Source: an uncultured Clostridia bacterium
GTDB taxonomy: Bacteria; Bacillota; Clostridia; TANB77; CAG-508
Assembly (NCBI GenBank): GCA_947628735.1
Contig: CANRAY010000002.1
Coordinates: 35,482-99,481, forward strand
Length of the DNA: 64,000 bases
Direction of reading: 5' to 3'
Shown here: piece after piece, positions 27,799 to 39,313 of the stretch
How positions within the stretch are numbered: the stretch's first letter is position 1
Layout: every line of letters begins with the position of its first letter
Position numbers and translations under genes: made by a program
Notes under the pieces: generated by a model
Told to the model about the DNA's origin: nothing
What the model saw: the letters and a program-made list of their open reading frames with translations, nothing else
Databases searched by the model: none

Positions 27799-28476
27799 TT
27801 ATTTCACTTCGAATTTATAGCCTACTCCTCTCATAGTTTGAATGTATTTTCCCTTTTTTCCTAATTTATGTCTAATCTTTTTTATGTGACTATCTATTGT
27901 TCTTGAATCTCCATAATAATCATAATTCCATACATTATTTAAAATCTTATCTCTTGATAATGCTATATTTTCATTATCTACTAAATACTTCAATAATTCA
28001 TATTCTCGTAAACTCATTTCTACGTTTTTTCCATCTACTGTTACAGTTCTTCCTTCTACGTCTATTACTATTCCACCGTAATCTTTAAGTTCTTTTTCGT
28101 CTCCTTTTGTTCTTTTTAATATTGCCTCTACTCTTGCTACAAGGATCTTTGGGCTGAATGGTTTCGAAATATATTCATCTACTCCTAATTCAAATCCAAA
28201 TAATTCATCTTGTTCCTCTCCTCTTGCTGTTAACATGATAATTGGAACTTTTGATGTTTGCCTAATTTGTCTTAATACAGACCATCCATCTAATTTTGGC
28301 ATCATAACATCTAATAAAATAATACTAATTTTATTTTGATGTTCTTCAAACATTTTTAGTGCTTCTTCACCATCTGCTGCTTCTAATATACTATATCCTT
28401 TTTGCATTAAAAAATCTCTAATTAACTTTCTCATTCGGGATTCATCGTCTACTATTAATACTGTTACATCATTCAT
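27799..28476 (-). CDS. OmpR-family response regulator
   Basis: Receiver (VLIVDDESRMRKL...ILLDVMMPKLDG) plus a winged-helix trans_reg_C domain (REYELLKYL...TIDSHIKKIRHKL...IQTMRGVGYKF). Confidence 0.9.
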   Translation of the reverse strand: MNDVTVLIVDDESRMRKLIRDFLMQKGYSILEAADGEEALKMFEEHQNKISIILLDVMMPKLDGWSVLRQIRQTSKVPIIMLTARGEEQDELFGFELGVDEYISKPFSPKILVARVEAILKRTKGDEKELKDYGGIVIDVEGRTVTVDGKNVEMSLREYELLKYLVDNENIALSRDKILNNVWNYDYYGDSRTIDSHIKKIRHKLGKKGKYIQTMRGVGYKFEVK

Positions 28477-28549
28477 TTTTTAACCTCCCATATTTCTTAG
28501 CTTTATTTATTATACTGTCTGATTATGACCAAAATATGAACAAAAAGTG

Positions 28550-29650
28550 TTACTTTGATTGAATAATATGTACATTTTGTCCTGGATAAGCTAGTTTTAT
28601 GTTTTCTGATTCTAAAACTTTTAAAATTTCTGTGTTTACTACTTGTCTGAATTCTAAATATTCTGCATAATCTACAATAGAAGTATATAAATATCCATTT
28701 ATATTAATTCCATCTGACACAATAGTATTGAAGTATACATTGATTGAATCTGTTTCTACTGTATCAATACTTTGTAGTACAAATCGAATTCTACTAATTA
28801 TATTTTCTACTGTATCTGAATTTGTTTCTAGTGGTAACTTTAAATTAAATTCATATCTTCTTTTTTCTATTCTGCCCCAGTTTACAATAGAGCTACTTGT
28901 AATAACTGAATTTTCTATAGATACTATTGTATTTTCATTAGTCTTTATTTTGGTTGTTCTAATAGAAATATCTACAACTGTTCCAGCTATTGTTCCTACT
29001 TCAATCCAGTCTCCTACTAAAAAAGGTTTTTCTGTAATAATAGACATTCCTGATAACAAACTTTTTACAATATCTTGTGCAGCTAACGCTACAATGGCAC
29101 TGGCAATTCCTAAACCTGCCATTAAGCCTGATATGTCATAGTCAAATTCGTTTAAAATAATTACTATTGCTATAATGTAAATAACGTATTTTGCAATTCT
29201 TCCACCAAATCGTTGCATTGTTTTTTCTTGATTTGTCATATCTTTTTTTGCTAGTCTTTTTGCTACCTCTGATTTAGGATCAACTAAATTAGCAAGTCCT
29301 TTTGCTATTAAGCAAATAATTGTAATTTTTAGAATTTTCTCCCAAATCTTCATAATGTCTGCTGGTAAATTTAAAATATATACTCCTACATGTAATCCTG
29401 CAATAATTAATAAAATTTTAATCGGTATATAAAATGCATTTGATTTAATTACTTCTTTATTCTTTTCTTTTCGCATAAATAATTTTATGATAAAATACGA
29501 AATTGTTGAACTAAAAACAGTAAAAATAATTATAATTATTAGAGCAATACAAATGTCAACTATTTTTTCATCTGTCATATTTTGAAAATATTGTATCATT
29601 TCATTAATTTGTTGCATTTTTTCCTCCTTATTCTTTTGTGTTCTTTGCAA
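28550..29650 (-). CDS. Mechanosensitive ion channel (MscS family)
   Basis: Multiple N-terminal TMs, then the MscS core IVKSLLSGMSIITEKPFLVGDWIEVGTIAGTVVDISIRTTKIKT. Confidence 0.8.
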   Translation of the reverse strand: MQRTQKNKEEKMQQINEMIQYFQNMTDEKIVDICIALIIIIIFTVFSSTISYFIIKLFMRKEKNKEVIKSNAFYIPIKILLIIAGLHVGVYILNLPADIMKIWEKILKITIICLIAKGLANLVDPKSEVAKRLAKKDMTNQEKTMQRFGGRIAKYVIYIIAIVIILNEFDYDISGLMAGLGIASAIVALAAQDIVKSLLSGMSIITEKPFLVGDWIEVGTIAGTVVDISIRTTKIKTNENTIVSIENSVITSSSIVNWGRIEKRRYEFNLKLPLETNSDTVENIISRIRFVLQSIDTVETDSINVYFNTIVSDGININGYLYTSIVDYAEYLEFRQVVNTEILKVLESENIKLAYPGQNVHIIQSK

Positions 29651-30296
29651 TTAGTGCTTTTATTTTAATTCCTTGTTCTTTAAACATTCTTTCATGTTCT
29701 GTTTCAATGTTTTCCCAGAAATTTTCTTCATTTTCTAAATCATAAGTTATTTTTTGTATTGTAAATCCTGTCTGTTTAAAATAATTTATGCTTTCTTCAA
29801 ATAAATTATCATCATCTGTCTTAAAATAAATTTCTGAATCTTCTGTTAAAAATTCTTTATATTTTTCTAATTGTCTAGTATGTGTTAAACGTTTCTTTTT
29901 ATGTTTTCCTTTTGGCCATGGGTTACAAAAATTTATATAAATTCTTTTTATTTCATCTGATTTATCAAAAATATTTGTAATTCTTTCTATATCATATCTA
30001 GTTAAATATACATTTGTAATTTCTTTGTTTTCATTTTTATAAATTTCTTCTATTTTTCTTTTTGCTACTCCTAACATTGCATCTACTAAATCAATTGCGA
30101 CAAAATTGATTTCTGGATGTTTTATTGCCATCTGTGAAATAAATCCACCTTTACCGCATCCTAATTCAATATATAATGGTTGTTTCTCATTTTTAAATTG
30201 TTGTTTCCATTTTCCTTTATATTCTTCTGGTGTGTCAATATAAAATTTGCTTGCTTCTAATTCTGGTCTAGCCCATGGTTTATATCTTATTCTCAT
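29628..30296 (-). CDS. trmB: tRNA (guanine46-N7)-methyltransferase
   Basis: Preferred start is MRIRYKPWARPEL at 30296. SAM motif IELGCGKGGF, and NFCNPWPKGKHKKKRL matching FPDPWPKKRHHKRR. Confidence 0.85.
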   Translation of the reverse strand: MRIRYKPWARPELEASKFYIDTPEEYKGKWKQQFKNEKQPLYIELGCGKGGFISQMAIKHPEINFVAIDLVDAMLGVAKRKIEEIYKNENKEITNVYLTRYDIERITNIFDKSDEIKRIYINFCNPWPKGKHKKKRLTHTRQLEKYKEFLTEDSEIYFKTDDDNLFEESINYFKQTGFTIQKITYDLENEENFWENIETEHERMFKEQGIKIKALIAKNTKE

Positions 30297-30488
30297 TTTT
30301 TTGCCTCTCTTTATTCTTAATGTCCTACAAATTATACTATTAAATAAACTAATATGCAACTATTCTATTAGATCAATCTTTGCTTTCTTTCTCGTGAATT
30401 AATAAATTCTTAATTTTTTAAATCTTTTATCTTAATAATTTTCATGGTAGAATTTTAATTGTCAACAAATAGAAGGGAGATTTTACTT

Positions 30489-31403
30489 ATGCCAAAAGAA
30501 ATTTTAGTATGTAAAAATTTGCATAAACAAATTGGTAAAAAAGAAATTTTGAAAGATGTTTCTTTAACCGTTTGTGAAGGAGATATACTTGGTTTTATTG
30601 GTCCTAATGGTGCCGGTAAAACGACAACTATAAAACTCATTTTAGGATTACAGCATATTTCTAGTGGAAATGTTTTTATTAATGGTTATGATATTCAAAA
30701 GAATTTTGAAAAAGCAATTCGAAATGTTGGTGCTATTGTAGAAAATCCAGATTTATATATGTATCTATCTGGATATGATAATTTAAAATTAATTGCTAAT
30801 TTATATAAAAATGTGACTAAATCTCGAATTGATGAAGTAGTAAAATTAGTAGGGCTAGAAAATCGTATTCATGATAAAGTATCTAAATATTCTTTAGGTA
30901 TGCGTCAAAGACTTGGAGTTGCTCAAGCAATTCTTCATAAACCTAACTTATTAATTTTAGATGAACCTACAAATGGTTTAGATCCAGAAGGTATAAAATC
31001 TATGAGAGAGCTTCTTTCTAAACTTGCTCGTGAAGAAAATATGGCTATTTTAATTTCTAGTCATAATCTATCAGAATTAGAAAGTTTTTGTAATAAAGTT
31101 TCTATTATTAAAAATGGAATTATCGTTGAAACTAGTGATCTTGAAAAGGTAAAGAAAGAATTTTCAAATCATTGTTATATTTTTGAAGTGAACAACTTGA
31201 AAGAAGCCATCTCATATATTGGTGATGATATTGCTATTCCTTTAACTGATAGCAAAATCAAAGTTTCTGTAGATAAAGAGCATGTTCCTGACTTAATAAA
31301 AAAATTGATATTAAGAGATATTAAGCTTTATTCTGTAGTTGAAGATGTTTCTACTTTGGAAGATGCTTTCTTAAGGAAGACAGGAGGTAATATCATTGAT
31401 TAA
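30489..31403 (+). CDS. ABC transporter ATP-binding protein
   Basis: Preferred start is the ATG at 30489 (MPKEILVCKNL), downstream of an AGAAGGGAG SD. Walker A GPNGAGKTT, signature YSLGMRQRL, Walker B LLILDEP. Confidence 0.9.
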   Translation: MPKEILVCKNLHKQIGKKEILKDVSLTVCEGDILGFIGPNGAGKTTTIKLILGLQHISSGNVFINGYDIQKNFEKAIRNVGAIVENPDLYMYLSGYDNLKLIANLYKNVTKSRIDEVVKLVGLENRIHDKVSKYSLGMRQRLGVAQAILHKPNLLILDEPTNGLDPEGIKSMRELLSKLAREENMAILISSHNLSELESFCNKVSIIKNGIIVETSDLEKVKKEFSNHCYIFEVNNLKEAISYIGDDIAIPLTDSKIKVSVDKEHVPDLIKKLILRDIKLYSVVEDVSTLEDAFLRKTGGNIID

Positions 31404-32826
31404 TTTAATGCGAAATGAACTAATTAAAATTTTGAAAAAGAAAAGTACATATATTATTTTATTTATCACAATTGGAATCATTATTCTTTTTAATTTTATG
31501 TTTTGTTATTCAAGTCAGTCTTCAAGCTTTGGATATACTGATGAGGATGTTGCTGAATATGAAGAATTATTAAATGATTATGATGTAAATAATCCAGAAG
31601 AAAATTCTATTTATATTGATATTAAATCAAAAGCAGATATGATGAAATTAATTGTACATTATGGTGTTAATTCATGGCAGGCTTATGTTATTTCAGACAT
31701 TTCTCAATTTTTAGAGGTTATGAATGAATATGAATATTCAATTGATCAAACTGTTTCTGAAAAAGAATATCAAGAGGCTAAACAAAACTATTCAGATTTC
31801 ATTCAAAAATTAGATTCTGATGATTGGCAATATTTTGTTACTTCTGAGTTAGAAGAAGTTAATAATCAAATTGCTTTACAAGAAAATTCAAATACTACAG
31901 ATGATTCTTATTTAAATTCTTTAAATGTAGAAAAGCAAATTTTGGAATGGAGATTAGATAAAAATATCAGTTATGCTAGTAGTTTTTTAAATGATTGTTT
32001 ACATAGATATGAAAGTAATGCCGAAGTTATTTTTAATTATGAGCATTCTGATGAACATGATTATTCAGATACTCTAAATTATTATAATTGTATAGAGGCT
32101 TTGAATACTTGTAAATATTATATTGAAAATGAAATTAATTTTATTCGTTCTAATGATAATAGATCTATTTTATTAGAATTATTAGATAATTATGAACTTT
32201 TCATTTTGATTTTCTTTGTAATGATTGCTGGATCTATTGTTAGTGATGAATTTAATAAAGGAACCATAAAATTACTTTTAGTACGTCCTTATCGTAGATC
32301 AAAAATTCTATTATCGAAATTTTTGGTATGTATAATTTCTATGCTACTATTTATTGCTATTGTTGGAGTTGCACAATTTATTATTGGTGGATTTATTCAA
32401 GGATTTGAAAGTACTACTGTTCCTGCTGTTGTATATAATTTCAATACTCAGCAAATAGAAACAATGCCTATTATATTATACATTTTAATAACACTTTTAG
32501 CTAAACTTCCTATGTATATTTTGTTAATGACTCTTGCCTTTGCTTGTAGTACAGTTTTAAATCATACTGCTGTTTCTATTGTTATTCCGCTTCTTGGTTA
32601 TATGGGAACAAGTATTATTAATGAATTAGCATTAGCTTTTGATATTAAAGCTATTTTATACTTTGTAACACCTAATTGGGATTTTACTCAATATTTGTTT
32701 GGTCATATTCCAAATTTTGAAGGTTTACAACCAATATTCTCTATTGGTATTTGTTTAATATATTTTGCAATTATGCTTGTTACAATGTTTACAGTATTTC
32801 AGAAAAGAAATATTAAAAACATTTAA
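31396..32826 (+). CDS. ABC-2-type permease with a large extracytoplasmic loop
   Basis: Overlaps the ATPase gene by 8 nt. One N-terminal TM, an about 230-aa hydrophilic insert, then five or more TMs including DEFNKGTIKLLLVRPY. Confidence 0.65.
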   Translation: MINLMRNELIKILKKKSTYIILFITIGIIILFNFMFCYSSQSSSFGYTDEDVAEYEELLNDYDVNNPEENSIYIDIKSKADMMKLIVHYGVNSWQAYVISDISQFLEVMNEYEYSIDQTVSEKEYQEAKQNYSDFIQKLDSDDWQYFVTSELEEVNNQIALQENSNTTDDSYLNSLNVEKQILEWRLDKNISYASSFLNDCLHRYESNAEVIFNYEHSDEHDYSDTLNYYNCIEALNTCKYYIENEINFIRSNDNRSILLELLDNYELFILIFFVMIAGSIVSDEFNKGTIKLLLVRPYRRSKILLSKFLVCIISMLLFIAIVGVAQFIIGGFIQGFESTTVPAVVYNFNTQQIETMPIILYILITLLAKLPMYILLMTLAFACSTVLNHTAVSIVIPLLGYMGTSIINELALAFDIKAILYFVTPNWDFTQYLFGHIPNFEGLQPIFSIGICLIYFAIMLVTMFTVFQKRNIKNI

Positions 32827-32845
32827 CTTTTATTATTTAACTATA

Positions 32846-32880
32846 AAAGAATTAGGTATTATCCTAATTCTTTTATTTTT
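32846..32880. terminator. Bidirectional Rho-independent terminator between convergent genes
   Basis: Stem aaagaattagg (32846-32856) / cctaattcttt (32863-32873), followed by tattttttt. Confidence 0.65.
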
Positions 32881-32889
32881 TTGTTTATT

Positions 32890-33975
32890 CTATTCTTTAT
32901 CTTTTATATATTCGTTCATCGGTTTAATTAGATACTTTAGCTCACCTAGTTTATCTGTTGAGACATAACCTGGCTCTCCGTTTATAACGTCTGGAATACG
33001 ATTTACAATTGTTGCACATGTTAATTCTACTGTTGCTGGTCTTGCTACTACTATTGTTGTTGTTGGCTCTCCTTCTATTGTCCATTCGTTTTTATCATAG
33101 TCCTCTTTTGAATACACTTTTCCAATACATTCTGATTCAATTGTAATTCCTTCTTTTGTTTGAGTTGTTACTACTGCACTCATCCCAGTTGCATCTCCAG
33201 CTTTTATTGTCATACCTAATGTTGATGAATTTATATCTGTTTGATTTGTTTGTGGTACGCATTTTTGTGTTTGATTAATTGGTGTTAATCCTAATTTTGA
33301 GCATAGCCATCCGTTTACGTTCCACATATATGAAGGTAAATACTCTCCATTATTTATAATATGTTGTCTTTCTGCATCTGTAATTCTATCTACTGATGCG
33401 ATTTCATGATCAAATTCTTCCATAGTTAATCCTGCTCCATGAGCTTTTGCTAAAGCAATTCCATAATCTTCTACATTATATGAAGAACTTCCTTTAATTT
33501 TTGTTATCTTTTGAGTAGAACCCGCTATTGCAGTAATTAATTCTCCCCAGTAGATATCTTGATATCCGCTTCCTGTAATTGTACATCCATTTTTCTTAGC
33601 CAAGTCATCTATTTTATCTGCTAATACTGGGTTTGAATTAAATGGATAAAATGCTTCTTCACAAGTTGAAATAGCATTAATTCCTAATCTAGCACATAAC
33701 ATAAATGCATCTTCTATATCCTTTAGTAAACTCATAGTTGTTATAATTACAATATCAGGTTTTACTTCTTTTAATAATTCTTCTGCTTTTTTTGCATCTG
33801 TTATTTTTACTCCTTTTTCTTCACATTGCATAATTTCTCCAATATCTTTTCCAATAATATTTGGATTTATATCTACTGCTCCTACAATTTCTCCACCTTT
33901 TTCATATACATATCTCATTGTATATACTGCCATTTTTCCTGTACCATATTGTACAACTCTCACTTTTCTATTCAT
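32890..33975 (-). CDS. NAD(P)-binding Rossmann-fold dehydrogenase, DapB-N-like (amine/2,4-diaminopentanoate dehydrogenase-like family)
   Basis: N-terminal VRVVQYGTGKMAVYTMRY dinucleotide-binding pattern. The length and overall pattern were recalled from that family. Substrate unknown. Confidence 0.4.
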   Translation of the reverse strand: MNRKVRVVQYGTGKMAVYTMRYVYEKGGEIVGAVDINPNIIGKDIGEIMQCEEKGVKITDAKKAEELLKEVKPDIVIITTMSLLKDIEDAFMLCARLGINAISTCEEAFYPFNSNPVLADKIDDLAKKNGCTITGSGYQDIYWGELITAIAGSTQKITKIKGSSSYNVEDYGIALAKAHGAGLTMEEFDHEIASVDRITDAERQHIINNGEYLPSYMWNVNGWLCSKLGLTPINQTQKCVPQTNQTDINSSTLGMTIKAGDATGMSAVVTTQTKEGITIESECIGKVYSKEDYDKNEWTIEGEPTTTIVVARPATVELTCATIVNRIPDVINGEPGYVSTDKLGELKYLIKPMNEYIKDKE

Positions 33976-34053
33976 TTTCTACACACTCCTTTTATTAAAA
34001 TTATGTACAAAGTAAAATAACTTTATACAGTTTAGCATAAAGTTATTTTATTT

Positions 34054-34752
34054 TTATGATTTATTTCCTTGAAAAATCCAGTTAAATAATGAATTAAATA
34101 TCCTTCCTATAATGTCTACTATTGTTTTAATTATAGGATTACTTTCATAAAAATCCATTATCATATTATGAGTCGGTGGCAAAAACCACAAAATAATTCC
34201 TACAATAATTAAAACTATTATAGTAATTATTAAAGTTTTGGTTTTTTTCCATGTCCATCTTTCTTTTATCTTATATCCTAAACTTCTTAAATAATTATAA
34301 TATGCATTTTCATATTCTCTCTGAAGATTTTGTTGCATTTGTTTTCTCATTTTTTCTTCTTCTCTTCGTAATTGTTCTTCATATCTTCTTCTCTGCATAT
34401 CCTGTGCTTTGTTATACTCAGTTTTTGAATATGTTTGCCTTTGCATATTTGGTTCTTGATATTGTTTATATTGAGGTTGATACTGCTGTTGCTGATATTG
34501 CTGTTGCATTGTCTTTGCTTTTTCTGTTTCTCTTTTTTGTTTTAATTCATCATCATATTGTTTACGTTTTTGCTCATTACTTAAAATATCATATGCTTCG
34601 TTGATTTCTTTCATCATACTTTCTGCTTTTATTTTATTAGCCTGTGTTTGTAAATCTGGATGATATTTTTTTACCAATACCCTATATGCTTTTTCAATTA
34701 TTTCACTAGAAGCTGTTTCACTTACTTCTAAAATTTCATATAAAGTTTTCAT
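34054..34752 (-). CDS. J-domain (DnaJ-like) protein with a Gln-rich middle and a C-terminal TM segment
   Basis: [30 protein letters not shown] with the HPD tripeptide, and a TM at [18 protein letters not shown]. Confidence 0.8.
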   Translation of the reverse strand: MKTLYEILEVSETASSEIIEKAYRVLVKKYHPDLQTQANKIKAESMMKEINEAYDILSNEQKRKQYDDELKQKRETEKAKTMQQQYQQQQYQPQYKQYQEPNMQRQTYSKTEYNKAQDMQRRRYEEQLRREEEKMRKQMQQNLQREYENAYYNYLRSLGYKIKERWTWKKTKTLIITIIVLIIVGIILWFLPPTHNMIMDFYESNPIIKTIVDIIGRIFNSLFNWIFQGNKS

Positions 34753-34804
34753 TCTTGTCCCCTTTAGTTTTCTTTGGTTATATTATACTATGAAATTTTC
34801 TTTT

Positions 34805-35068
34805 TTAAAACGATCTTAATAATAAAATCATTGATATACTCATATAAATTAATACAAATAATGATAATCCAACAATTCCAGTGGATAAACCTGCTTTTCC
34901 TAAATTGCTACCATCTTTTTTGATTGATTTTACTCCAAATATGATTGCTAAAAATCCAGCTGGTAATACCATATACCAAAAAAGGCTTGTCATTATTGAA
35001 ATAACTCCTAATACCAAAGAAGCGATTCCCATTGCTGATTTACTTTCCTTATCTTTTTTATTTTCCAT
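34805..35068 (-). CDS. Small membrane protein (DUF4190-like)
   Basis: 87 aa with three hydrophobic helices and a MGIASLVLGVISI start pattern. Confidence 0.45.
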   Translation of the reverse strand: MENKKDKESKSAMGIASLVLGVISIMTSLFWYMVLPAGFLAIIFGVKSIKKDGSNLGKAGLSTGIVGLSLFVLIYMSISMILLLRSF

Positions 35069-35080
35069 ACTTCTTCTCCT

Positions 35081-37120
35081 TTATTCTTTTATATCTATTT
35101 CATCTAATAGTTTTAAAGTTTCTAAATCATTTACTTTTATTTGATTTTCTGAAACAGTATATAAGTTTTGATCAATATATAATCCTCTTAATAAATTTGT
35201 TGTATTTCTGTAATATGATGAATATGAATAATTTTCTTCTTTTTCATGTTCTATCATTCCTTTTAGTTTTATTCCATCTTCTAGATTTATTTTATATACT
35301 GCATATCCTTCTGAAATATATGGTTTGTTATAGTTTATATAAGAGTCTATTATAGAATCATAGTTATTTGAATTATTGCTAATTTCAAAATCTGTTTGAT
35401 AATTGTTTACTGGTATTGCAATTAATTCTTTAGCTTTTGAGAACAATAATGCTTTTGGGTTTGTTAAAATTGCTGAACTTGTTCTACTATCTCCAATTAC
35501 TACACTTGAAATTTGTATAGGATTATTAACATCTGAAACATCAAATAATGCCATCTTCATTCCTACAATTTTTGCTGTTGTTGAAATTACCTTTCCACTA
35601 TAATCTCTATTAACTGTTTCTTCTGTTTCCATTCCAATTCCAATTAAATGATTTTCATCATAAGGATGAAGATATGTACTATATCCTGGTATTTTTAATT
35701 CTCCTAGTACTTTTGGCTTTGTTGCATTACTTAAATCTATTACATATAATGGGTCCATTGTCTTGTATGTTACTAAATAAGCTTTATCTCCCATAAATCT
35801 TGATGAATACATATTTTCACGTTTAGCTAAATTAGGAGTTCTACCTATTTCATTTAAATTTTGATCAAAGATGATAATTTTTGATCCATCATTATCATAT
35901 AGTGCTACTCTTAAATTTCCTTCATATTCATCTATTGAATATTGATTAATTGTTTTTCCTTTTACTTTTGTTCTATTTGCATACTGAACTGCTCCATTTT
36001 CTAAAATATTAAATTTAAATATTTTAGTATATGTTCCATATTCTCCAAAATTTTCTTCCATATATTTATTTGGTCCTAATGCTCCCCACCATCCAAATAG
36101 TGATGAGATTGGTGCAACAATATTATTTTCAAATTCTTGATCTAATAAATAAATATTATTTTCTGAGATGTATGCATTAGAAATATCCATCAAATAAGAA
36201 TTGATATGTACATCTTCCTCTGGTTTATTTAAATCAACCATTGAGATTAATGTTTGTTGATTTGTTTTTAGATCTTTTAAATATTGTATATGGTCAAATC
36301 CTATTTCTTTTTGCTCATAATCTTCTGTATAATAAGTTATCATTTTGTTATCTTCTTTTCTTAAATGTCCAGAAGCGATAACATATAATTTATTATCAAT
36401 ACATCTTGATGTATAATATGGTTCATATAATTCATAGTATTTTATTATTCTAGGTGTTTCTTTATTTGTAATATCATATATACTTACAATTGTATTGTTA
36501 TTATTATATCCTGAATTGTTATTGTCGGTTGATATAACAACTAATTTATTTTGATAAAGCATTAAATCTTCTGGTATACTACCATTTTTTAATTGAAGTT
36601 TTGCAACTATTTGTATTTCTTCTGGATTTTTCACATCAGTAATTATTACATTATCTTCTGATATTGAATATATATAATCTCCATCTGTTTTTATAATATC
36701 TGCTTCATCTACATTTTCTACTTGAATATTGGTTGTAGAATAGTCTTTTGATGATGTTTCTGTATCTTTTATGCCTTGTTCCATTGATCCTGATATATTT
36801 GGACTTATACTATCCATTGATGTATTAGTTTCTTCTACTATATTCACTGTTGATGTAGCATTTGTAGCCATTAATAAACTAAATGGCATTCCTATTATGC
36901 CAAGTAATACGTTTTTTCTTCTCTCATCTTTTCCTTCGTAAATATCTTCTAATTCTTGTGCTGATTTTATATTTTGTAATTCTAATTCATTTGTGTTTCC
37001 CCAAAAAAAGAATGAGATACAGATAATTAAAATAATTAGTATTATTGATATTAGTATTTTCCAATTTCGTACTTTTTTATTTTTCACTGTATATTCCCCC
37101 TCTATTTTTTCTAATTCCAT
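35081..37120 (-). CDS. Secreted or anchored beta-propeller domain protein (Beta_propel family)
   Basis: N-terminal TM. The C-terminal region YSSRFMGDKAYLVTYKTMDPLYVIDLSNATKPKVLGELKIPGYSTYLHPYDENHLIGIG matches the DPLfviDLSdP..P...GeLkipGfS.YLHP hallmark. Confidence 0.7.
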   Translation of the reverse strand: MELEKIEGEYTVKNKKVRNWKILISIILIILIICISFFFWGNTNELELQNIKSAQELEDIYEGKDERRKNVLLGIIGMPFSLLMATNATSTVNIVEETNTSMDSISPNISGSMEQGIKDTETSSKDYSTTNIQVENVDEADIIKTDGDYIYSISEDNVIITDVKNPEEIQIVAKLQLKNGSIPEDLMLYQNKLVVISTDNNNSGYNNNNTIVSIYDITNKETPRIIKYYELYEPYYTSRCIDNKLYVIASGHLRKEDNKMITYYTEDYEQKEIGFDHIQYLKDLKTNQQTLISMVDLNKPEEDVHINSYLMDISNAYISENNIYLLDQEFENNIVAPISSLFGWWGALGPNKYMEENFGEYGTYTKIFKFNILENGAVQYANRTKVKGKTINQYSIDEYEGNLRVALYDNDGSKIIIFDQNLNEIGRTPNLAKRENMYSSRFMGDKAYLVTYKTMDPLYVIDLSNATKPKVLGELKIPGYSTYLHPYDENHLIGIGMETEETVNRDYSGKVISTTAKIVGMKMALFDVSDVNNPIQISSVVIGDSRTSSAILTNPKALLFSKAKELIAIPVNNYQTDFEISNNSNNYDSIIDSYINYNKPYISEGYAVYKINLEDGIKLKGMIEHEKEENYSYSSYYRNTTNLLRGLYIDQNLYTVSENQIKVNDLETLKLLDEIDIKE

Positions 37121-37218
37121 TTATATCATACTTATATATTAAATACAATATATTTACTTACACTTATTTTCGTGATATAATTTGCTTAGTTTTAATAAGA
37201 GTTAGGAGTTGAAAAAAG

Positions 37219-37818
37219 TTGAAATTAACCTCTGATAATGAAACCTTAGCGGAAAATAAAGTTCTTATTCTATATATTTTAAATCATGTTAAAGAAGCTC
37301 TCACGAATAATTCTCTTTATAAAATTGTATTAGCTGTTGTTGATATGAATTATTTCTATTTTCAGCAGTTTTTACTAGATCTAGTAGATCATGATTATGT
37401 TATACATTATCAAAGAGAAGATCTTACTGTTTATCAAATTACTGATAAAGGTCGTGAAACTTTATCTCTTACGGAAGATATACTTCCAGGAATTATTAAA
37501 TTACAAGTTGATACTAATTTAAAGAGTGCTATGGAAGATGTTGCTGAAGAAAATTCTATTGTTGCAGAATATACACCTAAAAGTGAAAATGATTACAATG
37601 TTACTTGTAAAATTATTGAGAATAATGAATGTCTTTTTGAAATTAAAACTTTTGCTGGTTCTCGTACTCAAGCAAAAGAAATTGTTGATAATTGGAAATC
37701 TTATGCTGTTCAAATTTATCCAAAATTATTAGAAACATTAACAGCTAATTATTCAGAAGATGAACCTTTAGAAGGTAATATTAATTTATTTGATGAAACT
37801 CAAAAAAAGAAAACTTAG
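37219..37818 (+). CDS. DUF4364-like putative winged-helix protein
   Basis: TTG start. The N-terminal ENKVLILYILNHVKEALTNNSLYKIVL pattern resembles DUF4364/PadR-like proteins of clostridia. Recognised from memory only. Confidence 0.35.
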   Translation: MKLTSDNETLAENKVLILYILNHVKEALTNNSLYKIVLAVVDMNYFYFQQFLLDLVDHDYVIHYQREDLTVYQITDKGRETLSLTEDILPGIIKLQVDTNLKSAMEDVAEENSIVAEYTPKSENDYNVTCKIIENNECLFEIKTFAGSRTQAKEIVDNWKSYAVQIYPKLLETLTANYSEDEPLEGNINLFDETQKKKT

Positions 37819-37840
37819 TATTTTATTACTAAGTTTTCTT
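37810..37840. terminator. Bidirectional terminator between the DUF4364-like gene and proS
   Basis: Stem aaaacttagta / tactaagtttt with a 5-nt loop, flanked by A/T runs. Confidence 0.55.
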
Positions 37841-37849
37841 TTAGTTTTA

Positions 37850-39301
37850 TTAATATTGTCTTCCCCACATTACCATTTTTTTAGCTGGTTTTCTACAGTA
37901 TACACAAGTATCAGAAACCTGTTCTTGTTCAAATGGAATACATCTTGATTTTGCTCCTGTCATTTCATGTATTTTTTCTTCACAATCTGCATCTCCACAC
38001 CACATAGCTTTTATATATCCTTGATTTGTTTCTAGGTTTTGGCTAAATTCTTCCATATTTTTAGCTATTGTTGTTTTTTCTTCTACTCTTTTTTTGCAAA
38101 TATCATACATATTTTGTTGAATTGAATCTAGTATTTCATTTAATTTTTCGTCTAATTCATTTAAATTAATTTCTATTTTTTCTGCTGTATCACGCCTTAC
38201 AACAATACACTTTCCAGCTTCTATATCACGTGGTCCTATCTCAATTCTTGCAGGAACCCCTCTCATTTCCCAATCATTAAATTTATATCCTGGTGAGTAT
38301 TGCTCTCTTGTATCTAATTCTACTCTATATTTTTCTGATAATTTTTTATATAATTCTTCTGCCTTTTCTTTTACTCCTTCTTTGTGCATTGCTACTGGTA
38401 CAATTACTACTTGGATTGGTGCTATACGTGGTGGTAATTTTAATCCTCTGTTATCACCATGTGCCATAATGACAGCACCAATTAATCTTGTAGTACTTCC
38501 CCATGAAGTTTGATATGCATATTCTTCTTTTCCTTCTCTATTTTGAAATTTTATATTGAATGGTTTTGAGAAATTTTGTCCAAAATAGTGTGATGTAGCA
38601 GTTTGTAATGCTCTTCCATCATGCATTAATGTTTCTACAGTATATGTTGCCTCTGCTCCTGCAAATTGTTCTGTTTCTGTTTTTCTTCCTTTTAATACTG
38701 GAATTGCAAGTAGATTTTCAATTACATCTGCATATACATCTAACATTTCTAATGTATATTTTTCTGCTTCTTCTGCTGTTTCATGAATTGTATGTCCTTC
38801 TTGCCATAAAAATTCTCTTGAGCGTAGGAATGGTCTTGTTTCCTTTTCCCATCTTAGCACACTACACCATTGATTATATAAATAAGGTAAATCTCTCCAT
38901 GAACTCAACCATTTTGCATACATTGTTGAAAAAATAGTTTCTGATGTTGGTCTAACGCATAATTTTTCTTCTAGTTCTTCTCCTCCGCCTATTGTTACCC
39001 AAGCTACCTCTGGAGCAAATCCTTCTACATGCTCTTTTTCTTTATTTAATAAGCTCTCTGGAATTAAAACTGGCATAGATAAATTTTTTACCCCATGCTC
39101 TTTAAATTTTTTATCCATATAGTTTTGAATATTTTCCCATATAGCATATCCATATGGTCTAATTGATATAAATCCTTTTACTGCTGTATAATCTGCAAGT
39201 TCTGCTTTGATAACAATATCTGTATACCATCTTGCAAAATCTTCTTCTATATTTGTTATTTCTTTTACAAAATCTTTTTCGTTTCCCATAATTATCTCCA
39301 A
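37850..39301 (-). CDS. proS: Prolyl-tRNA synthetase (archaeal/eukaryote-like type, about 480 aa)
   Basis: [18 protein letters not shown]-terminus, class II motifs ([13 protein letters not shown]; [31 protein letters not shown]), and a C-terminal Zn-binding region ending WGRQY. Confidence 0.9.
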   Translation of the reverse strand: MEIIMGNEKDFVKEITNIEEDFARWYTDIVIKAELADYTAVKGFISIRPYGYAIWENIQNYMDKKFKEHGVKNLSMPVLIPESLLNKEKEHVEGFAPEVAWVTIGGGEELEEKLCVRPTSETIFSTMYAKWLSSWRDLPYLYNQWCSVLRWEKETRPFLRSREFLWQEGHTIHETAEEAEKYTLEMLDVYADVIENLLAIPVLKGRKTETEQFAGAEATYTVETLMHDGRALQTATSHYFGQNFSKPFNIKFQNREGKEEYAYQTSWGSTTRLIGAVIMAHGDNRGLKLPPRIAPIQVVIVPVAMHKEGVKEKAEELYKKLSEKYRVELDTREQYSPGYKFNDWEMRGVPARIEIGPRDIEAGKCIVVRRDTAEKIEINLNELDEKLNEILDSIQQNMYDICKKRVEEKTTIAKNMEEFSQNLETNQGYIKAMWCGDADCEEKIHEMTGAKSRCIPFEQEQVSDTCVYCRKPAKKMVMWGRQY

Positions 39302-39313
39302 TCCTTTTTTATT

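Noticed and set aside
30455-30640. 61-aa minus-strand ORF opposite the 5' end of the ABC ATPase gene.
   Set aside because: It is the mirror image of the Walker A region of a well-supported plus-strand gene, and it has no SD.
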